Under the pieces are notes generated by a model. It made no database searches and was not told the origin of the DNA. It worked only from the letters and a program-made list of their open reading frames with translations. A stretch of DNA of 64,000 nucleotides, from the NCBI GenBank assembly GCA_964628105.1, contig CAZVLT010000001.1, positions 6,073-70,072 of the forward strand, written 5' to 3'. Positions 55,681-64,000 of the stretch are shown piece after piece. Origin of the DNA: an uncultured Woeseiaceae bacterium. GTDB taxonomy: Bacteria; Pseudomonadota; Gammaproteobacteria; Steroidobacterales; Woeseiaceae. The position numbers were made by a program, and so were the translations under genes. Position 1 is the first letter of the stretch. Every line of letters starts with the position of its first letter.

Positions 55681-57312
55681 ATGTACACCAGCTTCTTCGG
55701 ACTCAACGAAAAACCGTTTTCGATAACGCCTGACCCGCGTTATCTGTTCATGAGTGAGCGGCATGGGGAAGCGCTCGCGCACCTTGTTTATGGCGTAACC
55801 GAAAGTGGTGGCTTCATTCAGCTAACCGGCGAAGTCGGGACCGGCAAGACAACGTTGGTGCGAACCCTGCTGCAAAATCGCATACCCGAAAACGCAGATG
55901 TTGCTGTGGTACTGAATCCTCAGTTATCAGCTCACGAGTTTCTCGTGACGATATGCGAGGAACTCGAAATCGACGTTCCCGAAGACCAGGACAGCAGCAA
56001 AGCGTTGATCGATGCGCTCAATCATCACTTGCTAAATGCCCACGCTGAGAGTCGCCGCACCATTCTCGTGGTCGACGAGGCGCAAAATCTCGCTCCCGCT
56101 GTTCTCGAACAAGTGCGACTGCTAACCAATCTTGAAACAACAAAGCAAAAACTGTTGCAGATAATACTCATCGGCCAGCCGGAGTTGCGTGATTTGCTCG
56201 CGCGCAATGACCTGCGACAACTGGCGCAACGCATAACCGGCCGTTACCACCTCGAGCCGATGTCACGGGAGGAAACAGGGCTATATGTCGAACATCGTCT
56301 GCGCATTGCCGGCGCGTTAGGCGAAGTATTCGACAGCGGCGCGAAGCGGGAAATATTTCGCCTGTCGCAAGGCGTGCCAAGACTCATCAACGTGATCTGC
56401 GACCGCGCTCTGCTGGGTGCCTACAGCCAGGAGTCACGTGGCGTGAATAGACGCTTCATCAAGCGCGCCGCTGCCGAGGTATCGGGACAGCTCGGCTGGT
56501 CATCCCGGTTACGCCGTATGGCGATCGCCGCCGGCACGTTCGGCGTAGCTATCGTGATGGTGAGCATTTGGTCATTTACGCAGCGGCAGCCAACGATCGA
56601 CGTCGCACAAACGCCAGCCGCGGCGCCTATGCCTGAGATCATACCGGAGCCAGCACCGGAGCAAGTCGAGGCAACGCTGCAGCAGCAACTGAGCATGGCT
56701 GCTGAGCTGACCAGCACCGATTTCGCGCTCGCTGCCCTGTTCGATCTCTGGAAACATGAATATGAAATCGGCGGGCGCGACGCCTGCACCCAGGCCGTCG
56801 AAGCGGGGCTCGCTTGTATCTATCAACGGGGCTCCTGGAGCGGCCTGCGACAACTGGACAGACCCGCGATGCTGTCGCTGGTCGACAGTAATGGCGAGAC
56901 GCACCAGGTAGTCCTGACGGCGATTCATGGCGATAACGCTGAGCTCTCTATCGGCGGCGTGATAGTCACGCACCCGATCATCGAAGTCTCAAGCGTGTGG
57001 TTCGGTCGGTACATGCTGCTTTGGCGGCCGCCCAATGGACTGGTTGTTTCACTGGCGCCCGGGTCACGCGGCAGACAGGTATTGTGGCTGCGGGATAGCC
57101 TGGCAGCGATCGACCAACGCTATCGGAGTGAGAACATGACGTCCGATGAATACGACAACAACCTTGAGCAAGTCGTTAGCTCATTCCAACGCGACCAGCG
57201 ACTAACCGTCGACGGACTCGCAGGGCAACAGACGCAGATCATCGTAAATTCGTTGCTGGCAGTGGCTGACACGCCGCGGCTAACAACAACCCGCTTTGCG
57301 AGAGACCAGTAA
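55681..57312 (+). CDS. gspA: ExeA/GspA-family AAA+ ATPase with a C-terminal peptidoglycan-binding domain
   Basis: MYTSFFGLNEKPFSITPDPRYLF start, GEVGTGKTT. One TM at about aa 275. C-terminal PG_binding_1-like FQRDQRLTVDGLAGQQT. Confidence 0.85.
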   Translation: MYTSFFGLNEKPFSITPDPRYLFMSERHGEALAHLVYGVTESGGFIQLTGEVGTGKTTLVRTLLQNRIPENADVAVVLNPQLSAHEFLVTICEELEIDVPEDQDSSKALIDALNHHLLNAHAESRRTILVVDEAQNLAPAVLEQVRLLTNLETTKQKLLQIILIGQPELRDLLARNDLRQLAQRITGRYHLEPMSREETGLYVEHRLRIAGALGEVFDSGAKREIFRLSQGVPRLINVICDRALLGAYSQESRGVNRRFIKRAAAEVSGQLGWSSRLRRMAIAAGTFGVAIVMVSIWSFTQRQPTIDVAQTPAAAPMPEIIPEPAPEQVEATLQQQLSMAAELTSTDFALAALFDLWKHEYEIGGRDACTQAVEAGLACIYQRGSWSGLRQLDRPAMLSLVDSNGETHQVVLTAIHGDNAELSIGGVIVTHPIIEVSSVWFGRYMLLWRPPNGLVVSLAPGSRGRQVLWLRDSLAAIDQRYRSENMTSDEYDNNLEQVVSSFQRDQRLTVDGLAGQQTQIIVNSLLAVADTPRLTTTRFARDQ

Positions 57313-57900
57313 ATGTCGTTTATTCTGGATGCATTGAAAAAGTCCGAATCCGAGCGGCAGTCGCAAGGTAGCGCCGAATTCAGGGACGTGCCGCGCAGTA
57401 CCGGCTCGCCGGGCGTCTCTCGCTGGGTCTGGGTACTCGGCCTGTTGCTGGCGATCAATCTCGTCGTCGTGTTCGGTTTATTCCTGCGCCCGGAGCAGGC
57501 GCCGACCGCACCGGCAATCTCGCAGGCGGAGGGGGTCACGCCCGTCGCGACAACGCAAGCCAGCTTCGCTGAACAAGTATCGGAAGCAAGGCTAAACGTG
57601 CCGCCACAGCAGGCATCGAACGAGCCGGCGGTGATATCGCAGCCTGCTATCACACCGCGGAGCACCGGGTTGCTTCCTAGTATCCACGAAGTTCGCGCCA
57701 GCGGCACCATCACGCTGCCAGACCTGCACATTGATATACATGTGTACAGCGACGTTCCGGAAGACCGTTTTGTATTCATCAATATGGCGAAACAGCGCGA
57801 AGGCACGAGACTATCCGAGGGGCCGGTTGTCACCGAAATCACGCCCGAGGGTGTTGTCCTGAATTACCAGGGCACGTTGTTCTTGCTACCGCGCGAGTAG
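57313..57900 (+). CDS. gspB: GspB/ExeB-like general secretion pathway protein
   Basis: MSFILDALKKSESERQ hallmark N-terminus, one TM. Starts 1 nt after the gspA stop. Confidence 0.75.
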   Translation: MSFILDALKKSESERQSQGSAEFRDVPRSTGSPGVSRWVWVLGLLLAINLVVVFGLFLRPEQAPTAPAISQAEGVTPVATTQASFAEQVSEARLNVPPQQASNEPAVISQPAITPRSTGLLPSIHEVRASGTITLPDLHIDIHVYSDVPEDRFVFINMAKQREGTRLSEGPVVTEITPEGVVLNYQGTLFLLPRE

Positions 57901-58557
57901 CGTCCCGGTAGCGTCGATTAGTTCAGCGCCTTCGTTACGCGCATTATTGACGCGTCGATCGACAGGCCATGCCTGGAGTGCAGGGACATTATTTGCCGCT
58001 TGTTGCAGGAAATCAGCAGCCCCCGACAACCAGTCATTTGCAGAATCCGGATGCACGATGACGGGCATACGATGATGCAACGGCGTCATGAACTCGTTAG
58101 CTGCTGTCGTTATCAGTGTGGTTGTCTGCAATGACGCGTCGCTGTCTTTGTCTTTCCAGTTCTCCCAGAGTCCGGCAAGCCCGAATGGCTCGCCACTCGC
58201 GAGAGATATGAAATAGGGAGTTTTTGCGTCACCTTCTTTGCGCCATTCATAAAAACCGTCGGCGAGCACAATACAACGGCGGTGGCGGAACGCCGCCCGA
58301 TAAGACGGTTTTTCCGCGACCGTCTCAGCACGTGCGTTTATCATGCGATTGCCAATCGCAGGATCCTTGGCCCAGAACGGCACGAGACCCCAACGCAACA
58401 TTACCAACTCGCGTGTACGGTCTTCGTCCTCACGAATTGCCGCGATAAATTGGGTTGGCGCGATGTTGTAGCGAGGCTCCACCGCGACGCTTCCGCTCAC
58501 ACCGAACAACGCCGCCGTGGCCTCACTGGGTGAATAGAATGCAAAGCGACCGCACAT
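57886..58557 (-). CDS. SOS-response-associated peptidase (SRAP/YedK, abasic-site processing protein)
   Basis: MCGRF N-terminus with the catalytic Cys2, RYNIAPTQ, MLRWGLVPFW, NARAET, HHRMPVI. Confidence 0.9.
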   Translation of the reverse strand: MCGRFAFYSPSEATAALFGVSGSVAVEPRYNIAPTQFIAAIREDEDRTRELVMLRWGLVPFWAKDPAIGNRMINARAETVAEKPSYRAAFRHRRCIVLADGFYEWRKEGDAKTPYFISLASGEPFGLAGLWENWKDKDSDASLQTTTLITTAANEFMTPLHHRMPVIVHPDSANDWLSGAADFLQQAANNVPALQAWPVDRRVNNARNEGAELIDATGTLLAR

Positions 58558-58559
58558 AG

Positions 58560-59333
58560 TTACTCACGAATGCCGACGCCGCGACGCATCAACAGTACGC
58601 AGGTCGTAAACAGCACAACAATAAAAACCAGCAAAATGGCATACGCATGACCGATGCTAATGTCTGACTTCCCGAGTATGCCGTAGCGAAACGCGTTCAC
58701 CATGTAGAGTATCGGATTCGCTTTTGACACGTTTTGCCAGAACGGAGGCAACATCGAAATCGTATAAAACACGCCACCCAGATAAGTCAGCGGCGTCAAC
58801 ACGAACGTCGGCACGATTGAGATGTCATCAAATTTTCTCGCGAATACGGCGTTGATGAAACCAGCCAGCGAGAAAACGATTGACGACAACAGCACCACGG
58901 AGATCATGATAAACGGGTGCGCAACGTCAAGGCGCGTAAAGAACAATGCGATGACGGTAACGAGCGTGCCGACAAGCAATCCACGCAACACGCCACCCGC
59001 AACGTGGCCAATGATGATGGATGCGTAAGACATCGGCGCGACCAGCATCTCTTCAATATGGCGAGCAAACTTCGCGCCGAAGAAAGATGAGACAACATTG
59101 CCGTAGGAATTGGTAATGACAGACATCATGATCAATCCCGGCGCAATATATTGCATGTAATCAAAACCTTCCATGGTGCCAATGCGCCGACCAATCAAAT
59201 TGCCGAAAATAACAAAGTACAGTGTCATCGTAATTGCAGGCGGCACAATCGTCTGAATCCAGATACGCAGCACGCGCACGATTTCCTTGCGGATGATGGT
59301 CTTGACCGCGACAACGTTTAACGCGATGTTCAA
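58560..59333 (-). CDS. yadH: ABC-2 transporter permease, YadH orthologue
   Basis: 257 aa with 6 TM segments. Overlaps the upstream ATPase gene by 4 nt. Confidence 0.8.
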   Translation of the reverse strand: MNIALNVVAVKTIIRKEIVRVLRIWIQTIVPPAITMTLYFVIFGNLIGRRIGTMEGFDYMQYIAPGLIMMSVITNSYGNVVSSFFGAKFARHIEEMLVAPMSYASIIIGHVAGGVLRGLLVGTLVTVIALFFTRLDVAHPFIMISVVLLSSIVFSLAGFINAVFARKFDDISIVPTFVLTPLTYLGGVFYTISMLPPFWQNVSKANPILYMVNAFRYGILGKSDISIGHAYAILLVFIVVLFTTCVLLMRRGVGIRE

Positions 59334-60265
59334 GTGGCACTACCACTTTCAGAGTGCTTGTTCTCCACCAGGCGCATAAACAGCTCTTCCAACCGGTTTG
59401 TCTTGTTTCGCATGCTCACAACTTTGATGTTTTTTGCGTCCAGTTGCTGAAACAGGTTGTTGATGTCACGTTCGGGTCCCTTTTCAACTTCGATCTCACA
59501 GTCATTACGTAATCGTGTCTCAAAACCGTCGAGTTCGGGAGCCACAGTTAACTCATTGGCAAGACTAAGGACGAAGACCTCACGTTGCAGTTTGCGCAAC
59601 ACGGTGCTCATTTTCGCGTCCTCGATTATGTTTCCTTCGTCAATAATCGCGATATGCCGACACAGCGACTCTGCCTCCTCGAGATAATGCGTTGTCAAGA
59701 TTATTGTCGTACCGGCGTCGTTGATTTCCCTCAGGAAATTCCACATCCAGCGACGAATCTCGATGTCGACGCCAGCAGTAGGTTCGTCAAGGATCAGCAG
59801 TTTTGGTTGGTGCACCAGCGCCCGGGCAATCATGAGTCGGCGCTTCATGCCGCCGGACAGACTGCGCGCGATGTCACCGCGCCTGTCCCACAGGCGCAGT
59901 GCACGCAGATATTTTTCGACGCGCTGCCTGGCATGCTTGCCCCCGATGCCGTAATAGCCAGCCTGGTTTGTAACTATGTTGCCGACGGAATCCCAAAGAT
60001 TGAGATTGATCTCCTGCGGGACCAGGCCGATGCATGATTTTGCGGCTTCGAGATCCGTGTCGATGCTATGGCCGAATATTTCCACCTCGCCGCCTGTCTT
60101 GTTGACGAGCGAGCTGATGATGCCAATAGCTGTGGTCTTGCCCGCGCCGTTCGGACCGAGTAGTGCATAGAAATCGCCGGTTTCAACGGCAAGGTCGATT
60201 CCCTTCAGCGCTTGGTTGCCATTGGCGTAAGTCTTTTTCAGTCTTCTTATTGAGAGGGCCTTCAT
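59330..60265 (-). CDS. yadG: ABC transporter ATP-binding protein, YadG orthologue
   Basis: Collinear with E. coli YadG as I recall it (GDFYALLGPNGAGKTT, IGIISSLVNKT, LSGGMKRRLMIARAL, LLILDEPTAGVDIE, SMRNKTNRLEELF). Confidence 0.88.
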   Translation of the reverse strand: MKALSIRRLKKTYANGNQALKGIDLAVETGDFYALLGPNGAGKTTAIGIISSLVNKTGGEVEIFGHSIDTDLEAAKSCIGLVPQEINLNLWDSVGNIVTNQAGYYGIGGKHARQRVEKYLRALRLWDRRGDIARSLSGGMKRRLMIARALVHQPKLLILDEPTAGVDIEIRRWMWNFLREINDAGTTIILTTHYLEEAESLCRHIAIIDEGNIIEDAKMSTVLRKLQREVFVLSLANELTVAPELDGFETRLRNDCEIEVEKGPERDINNLFQQLDAKNIKVVSMRNKTNRLEELFMRLVENKHSESGSAT

Positions 60266-60301
60266 GAGGCCGCGTATTGTAACCGCGTGCGTTCGCTTAC
60301 G

Positions 60302-60940
60302 TCACACCTTCTCGTGGCGAAGACGAATATTCGCACGGTCAGCGACGCGCCTGTTCGGCACCGACATGCGGCAGGCCGCAGCCGGAAGTTGGACCTGTTG
60401 CGCGCTGCGTGTGCGCGTCAGCATCGTCTGCAAAGCACTTAGCTGCGACGAGTAACGCACCCTCCGTTCGGCGCTCGTACCGCTGTCGAGCAATCGCGAC
60501 CAGGTGCCTTCATCATCTTGCAGGCGTGACGTTATAAGGTCGCCCCGGGTGGCGACACGATCCAGCAAGATCACCAGCGTCTGGGCAGACAGCTTTTCGC
60601 ACCAGTTAATTGTGGCTGCGCTGACGATACGGGCCGCGTACGGGTTGCGCCCTGCCAGCTGCCAGAGAAAACCGAGTCCGGCGGATTGCAACTTTCGAAT
60701 CTCGTTGCTCGCAACAGTCGCGGTGGACATCAGATCCTGCTGAGGATCGTCGTTCAAAACATCGTTCCACCATTCGTCGTCGTCCTCACGAAAGGAAAAC
60801 AACAGGAACGGCGATGCCGCAAGGCGCTGTAGTTTTTGCCGTGGCAAGTCACTGGTCGCTTTGAGAAACGCTTTGTTGAGCGCTCTAACGTTCGCGAAAT
60901 CCTCGCTCGTAGGCCCCCTGAATTCCGTAAAAGTCACCAT
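60302..60940 (-). CDS. Hypothetical 212-aa protein, divergent from the FlhC-like gene; possible distant FlhD-like N-terminus
   Basis: Clean ORF with no overlapping competitor. The segment DLPRQKLQRLAASPFLLFSFRED weakly resembles FlhD [22 protein letters not shown]. Confidence 0.5.
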   Translation of the reverse strand: MVTFTEFRGPTSEDFANVRALNKAFLKATSDLPRQKLQRLAASPFLLFSFREDDDEWWNDVLNDDPQQDLMSTATVASNEIRKLQSAGLGFLWQLAGRNPYAARIVSAATINWCEKLSAQTLVILLDRVATRGDLITSRLQDDEGTWSRLLDSGTSAERRVRYSSQLSALQTMLTRTRSAQQVQLPAAACRMSVPNRRVADRANIRLRHEKV

Positions 60941-61071
60941 ACACCTGCCCTCTCTGCTGCGTTATTCGGCCGTTTTCGGATTTACTATAATTTGTCTTGT
61001 TCGACCATGTATGGATAGTATAGGCTATTATATTACTATATATGGTCTTTTTCTATCATAAAGAGCAAGAA

Positions 61072-61647
61072 ATGCGACTGACCGATGACCGTTATTCCGG
61101 GGAACGCAGCCAATTTGAGCTAGCGCTGAGAATGATTCGCCACGAGGCTCGCACCCGCACCATCCGCGAGTGCACCGGACTTTCCGACGATCGAATCCGC
61201 AAGTTGTACACGACGTATTTTCGTGACAGCGGTAATACCGAGGTGAAACGTCGCCGCGGGAAATCGCCGCGGCAGGTTACGCGCTACGTCAAGAGTCCGG
61301 AGAATCAGCTACAGGCGACCACGCTGGTCGCACTGTTTTGCGCGGGTCTTCTCGTCCGCATCGATCAGAACAATCATGTTCACGCCTGCTGGCCACGACC
61401 GGATGTCGAGTTCGGCCATCGACTGTGCCGCGCCTACGAAACCTATTTGCTGTTGCACAAGCAGCCCGATTTGAGTTTCGAGTGGGCCTGGAATCTGTTG
61501 CATTGCATTTCCTACAACGACGAGTTGTACCTTGCCAGCTGCGCCCATTGCGACGTGCGCTATGTGCAGGACTCCTACGCACTGGATCACCGTACCTGCC
61601 CCGCATGCGAGATCGAGAGCCAAGCCCAGGCGGATCGGCTGCAGTGA
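61072..61647 (+). CDS. FlhC-family transcriptional regulator (zinc-binding)
   Basis: FELALRMIRHEARTRTIRECTGLSDDRIRKLY aligns with FlhC [38 protein letters not shown] matches AYRLYL, and WAWNLL matches RAWTLV. C-terminal CAHC-N17-CPAC Zn site. Confidence 0.75.
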   Translation: MRLTDDRYSGERSQFELALRMIRHEARTRTIRECTGLSDDRIRKLYTTYFRDSGNTEVKRRRGKSPRQVTRYVKSPENQLQATTLVALFCAGLLVRIDQNNHVHACWPRPDVEFGHRLCRAYETYLLLHKQPDLSFEWAWNLLHCISYNDELYLASCAHCDVRYVQDSYALDHRTCPACEIESQAQADRLQ

Positions 61648-61672
61648 TATTTTTCGGTACACTGGCACAAGC

Positions 61673-62575
61673 ATGGAAAACCATAATGTATTCGCCGGTG
61701 CCTTTGTCGATCGCAGCGGCGAACGGCGAAAAGATACCGATTGGCTGGACGAGGCGCTCCTTCGAGACGAGTCGCGCTTTGTACCCGTGTGGGGCGACCA
61801 ATGCCTCGTCGGCGGCGATCCTTTGCATACGGTCTTGCTCGAACGGCGTCAAATCGAGAATTTCGTCGCCGATCACAATCTCATATTCCTCGGGCTGTTT
61901 CGCGGCCAGCCGGCGTTTGCGCTGGCGATCAGCGGCGGCGACAAGCCACCATTCGGCGAACTCGGAGAATTTCACGATCTGCGCTACCTGGGCACCGTAT
62001 TGCCGCCGGATGAGGCCAACCTGGCGGCCCACGCCCGCGCACTTGTGCTCTGGCACGCCTCGCAGTTGTATTGCGGCGCCTGTGGCTCCTCGGCACGTCC
62101 GGACACGGGTGGCAACTCACGCATATGCCTGAATCCGGATTGTGCCCGCGAAATATTTCCGCGCGTTGATCCTGCGATAATCGTCCTGGTCACTGACGGT
62201 ACGCGCTGCCTGCTGGGCCGGCAAAATGGCTGGCCCGAAGGCCGTTATTCGACGATTGCCGGTTTCGTCGAGCCCGGCGAGAGCATCGAGGACGCTGTAC
62301 GGCGTGAAGTCTTTGAGGAAACCAACGTTCGGGTCAGTACGGTCCGCTACCATAGTTCGCAGCCGTGGCCGTTTCCATCGTCGCTGATGCTTGGATTTGT
62401 CGCACAGGCCGATTCCGGAAGTTCAGCAGAAATCTGCCTGAATGACGGCGAGCTCGAAGACGCGCAATGGTTTACACGTAAGGAATTACGCTCAGGCTTC
62501 CCGAAACTTCCGTTCCGGATTTCCATCGCGAGGCGACTCGTTGATCACTGGATTGACCTCGACAGCCGCGCCTGA
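61673..62575 (+). CDS. nudC: NAD+ diphosphatase (NADH pyrophosphatase) NudC
   Basis: Zinc ribbon CGACG...CLNPDC, Nudix box GFVEPGESIEDAVRREVFEETNV, NudC-specific SQPWPFPSSLMLGF. ATG 61673 is preferred over the long ORF from 61532. Confidence 0.9.
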   Translation: MENHNVFAGAFVDRSGERRKDTDWLDEALLRDESRFVPVWGDQCLVGGDPLHTVLLERRQIENFVADHNLIFLGLFRGQPAFALAISGGDKPPFGELGEFHDLRYLGTVLPPDEANLAAHARALVLWHASQLYCGACGSSARPDTGGNSRICLNPDCAREIFPRVDPAIIVLVTDGTRCLLGRQNGWPEGRYSTIAGFVEPGESIEDAVRREVFEETNVRVSTVRYHSSQPWPFPSSLMLGFVAQADSGSSAEICLNDGELEDAQWFTRKELRSGFPKLPFRISIARRLVDHWIDLDSRA

Positions 62576-62577
62576 AT

Positions 62578-63345
62578 ATGTGCCTGGTCGTTATCGCATG
62601 GCAGCAGCACGCAGATTATCCGTTGATCATCGCCGGCAATCGTGACGAGTTTCACGATCGCCCGACACAAGCTGCTCATCAATGGCCGGACAATCCCGAG
62701 ATTGTCGGCGGCCGCGACCTGCAGGCCGGTGGCACATGGCTTGCTCTGCATCGCAACGGGCGCATCGCGACCGTAACCAACTATAGGGACGCGCAGCACG
62801 AGCCGGCCGGTTTTCACTCCCGCGGACAACTCGTCACGGAGTTTCTGCTGGGCACATCCGCCCCGCGCGCTTACCTGGAGTCCATCGACAAAGAGGCGTA
62901 TGCCGGTTTTAATCTGCTTGTTAGTGATGGACGTTCGCTGGCCTACCTGTCAAATCGGGGCGCCGACGCGCAAGATCTTGGTGCGGGCGTCTACGGGGTC
63001 AGCAATGCTTTGCTGGACTCACCGTGGGACAAGGTCTTGCGCAGCAAGCAGGCAATGGACGATCTGCTGCGCGCCGACCGTATTAACGAAACCGAGCTAT
63101 TCAGGTTGCTCAACAATCGTGAAAAAGCGCCCGCCGAAACGATCGAGAGCACACGGCTGCCGTTTGCGATCGCCCATGCAATAAGCGCCCCTTTCATAGT
63201 GCTTCCTGACTATGGTACACGCAGCTCAAGCGTCGCGATTTTTGATAGTGGCGGTAGTTGGCAATTTTGCGAGCGACGTTTCGACCCTGCCGGTGAATCG
63301 ACAGGCGAATCCCGGTTTGCCATTACGCCGGGGGCTCAAGCGTAG
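62578..63345 (+). CDS. NRDE-family (TANGO2/DUF833-like) protein
   Basis: MCLVVIAW N-terminus with Cys2 and the eponymous AGNRDEF motif. Confidence 0.85.
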   Translation: MCLVVIAWQQHADYPLIIAGNRDEFHDRPTQAAHQWPDNPEIVGGRDLQAGGTWLALHRNGRIATVTNYRDAQHEPAGFHSRGQLVTEFLLGTSAPRAYLESIDKEAYAGFNLLVSDGRSLAYLSNRGADAQDLGAGVYGVSNALLDSPWDKVLRSKQAMDDLLRADRINETELFRLLNNREKAPAETIESTRLPFAIAHAISAPFIVLPDYGTRSSSVAIFDSGGSWQFCERRFDPAGESTGESRFAITPGAQA

Positions 63346-64000
63346 ATTTTCGACAACCACGTACTGATAGCCGCGATCTCCTGTGGGCACACCGCGTGGG
63401 CCATCGGATATTCGTGCCACTCCACTGAATATCCGGCTGCAATCAACTTGTCAGCCGAGGCCCGCCCCCATTGCATAGGGAGCATGGCATCAAGGCTGCC
63501 ATGCGCCATGAATATCGGCAGGTCTTTGCGACTGGCAGCGTGTTCGAGGTCACCCGGCAATGCCAGGTAGGTCGACAGGGCCATCATGCCGGCGACAGCG
63601 TGCTGCGTCTGCAACATTGTATGAATCGCGATTGCGCCGCCCTGAGAAAAACCGGCGATGACAATCCGGCCGACATCGACACCACGTTCGATCTCGCGAT
63701 CGATCAATCCCTCCAGCATCGCGCTGCTTTCGCGAATACCGTCTGCGTCGGCCCGACCTTCGCCGTCCAGGCTCAGAATGTCGTACCAGGCACGCATGGA
63801 CATGCCGCCATTGACCGTGACAGGGCGCACTGGTGCGTGAGGAAAGACGAATCTTAAGCTCAGATCAGCGGGCAATGCGAGTTCAGGGACGATGGGCTCA
63901 AAGTCGTGACCGTCGGCTCCGAGGCCATGCAGCCAGATCACGCTGCCGGTTAGGTTGTGAGCCGATAGTTTATCGCCGGTTACGACCTCGACGGTGTCAG
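63336..64000 (-). CDS. Alpha/beta-hydrolase carboxylesterase/phospholipase family protein; the 5' end lies outside the window
   Basis: IWLHGLGADGHDF, nucleophile elbow GFSQGG, HG..D and H catalytic residues. The frame stays open upstream of the listed start through nt 64000. Confidence 0.85.
   Translation of the reverse strand, partial: DTVEVVTGDKLSAHNLTGSVIWLHGLGADGHDFEPIVPELALPADLSLRFVFPHAPVRPVTVNGGMSMRAWYDILSLDGEGRADADGIRESSAMLEGLIDREIERGVDVGRIVIAGFSQGGAIAIHTMLQTQHAVAGMMALSTYLALPGDLEHAASRKDLPIFMAHGSLDAMLPMQWGRASADKLIAAGYSVEWHEYPMAHAVCPQEIAAISTWLSKIYA

Noticed and set aside
1-64000. CRISPR arrays, rRNA/tRNA genes, IS elements, REP-type interspersed repeats
   Set aside because: I saw no regularly spaced direct repeats, no structural-RNA signatures and no transposase-like ORFs. 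The only repeats are short regulatory-scale ones, reported above.

Overview
Dense, mostly housekeeping chromosomal segment. It reads like an environmental or marine gammaproteobacterium, with E. coli-type gshA, fadE, yadGH, pspF-pspA, ilvA, pyrC, mdh, nudC, dinB and gspAB-like genes. By eye I found no rRNA, tRNA, CRISPR array, transposase, integrase or phage genes. About 60 CDS are supported. Many are translationally coupled (ATGA/GTGA overlaps), and many convergent pairs abut or overlap at their 3' ends. The findings most worth a second look are listed here. (1) A complete classical mevalonate-pathway cluster (HMG-CoA synthase, type-1 IDI, PMK, MDD, with ispA adjacent) in which HMG-CoA reductase and mevalonate kinase are fused into one ORF. 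(2) A confident FlhC-family regulator outside any flagellar or mobile-element context, divergent from a 212-aa protein with a weak FlhD-like stretch. (3) A perfect 11+4+11 palindrome overlapping a near-consensus sigma70 promoter, next to a YtrA-type GntR/ABC operon. (4) A phage-shock locus with a clear sigma54 promoter but non-canonical gene order (pspA, PspC-domain gene, pspC, pspB-like). (5) An orphan 26-codon ORF behind a 12-nt perfect anti-SD complement, with a terminator and an L34-like motif. (6) A two-subunit 2-oxoacid:acceptor oxidoreductase coupled to a GltD-like flavoprotein/ferredoxin fusion. (7) A tandem pair of uncharacterised membrane-anchored paralogues. (8) An SOS-box-like site in front of a UvrD-family helicase. 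(9) A GlyGly-CTERM-like sorting tail. I cannot point to a defence island or mobile element. All functional calls rest on motifs I recognised by eye in the supplied translations, not on searches.
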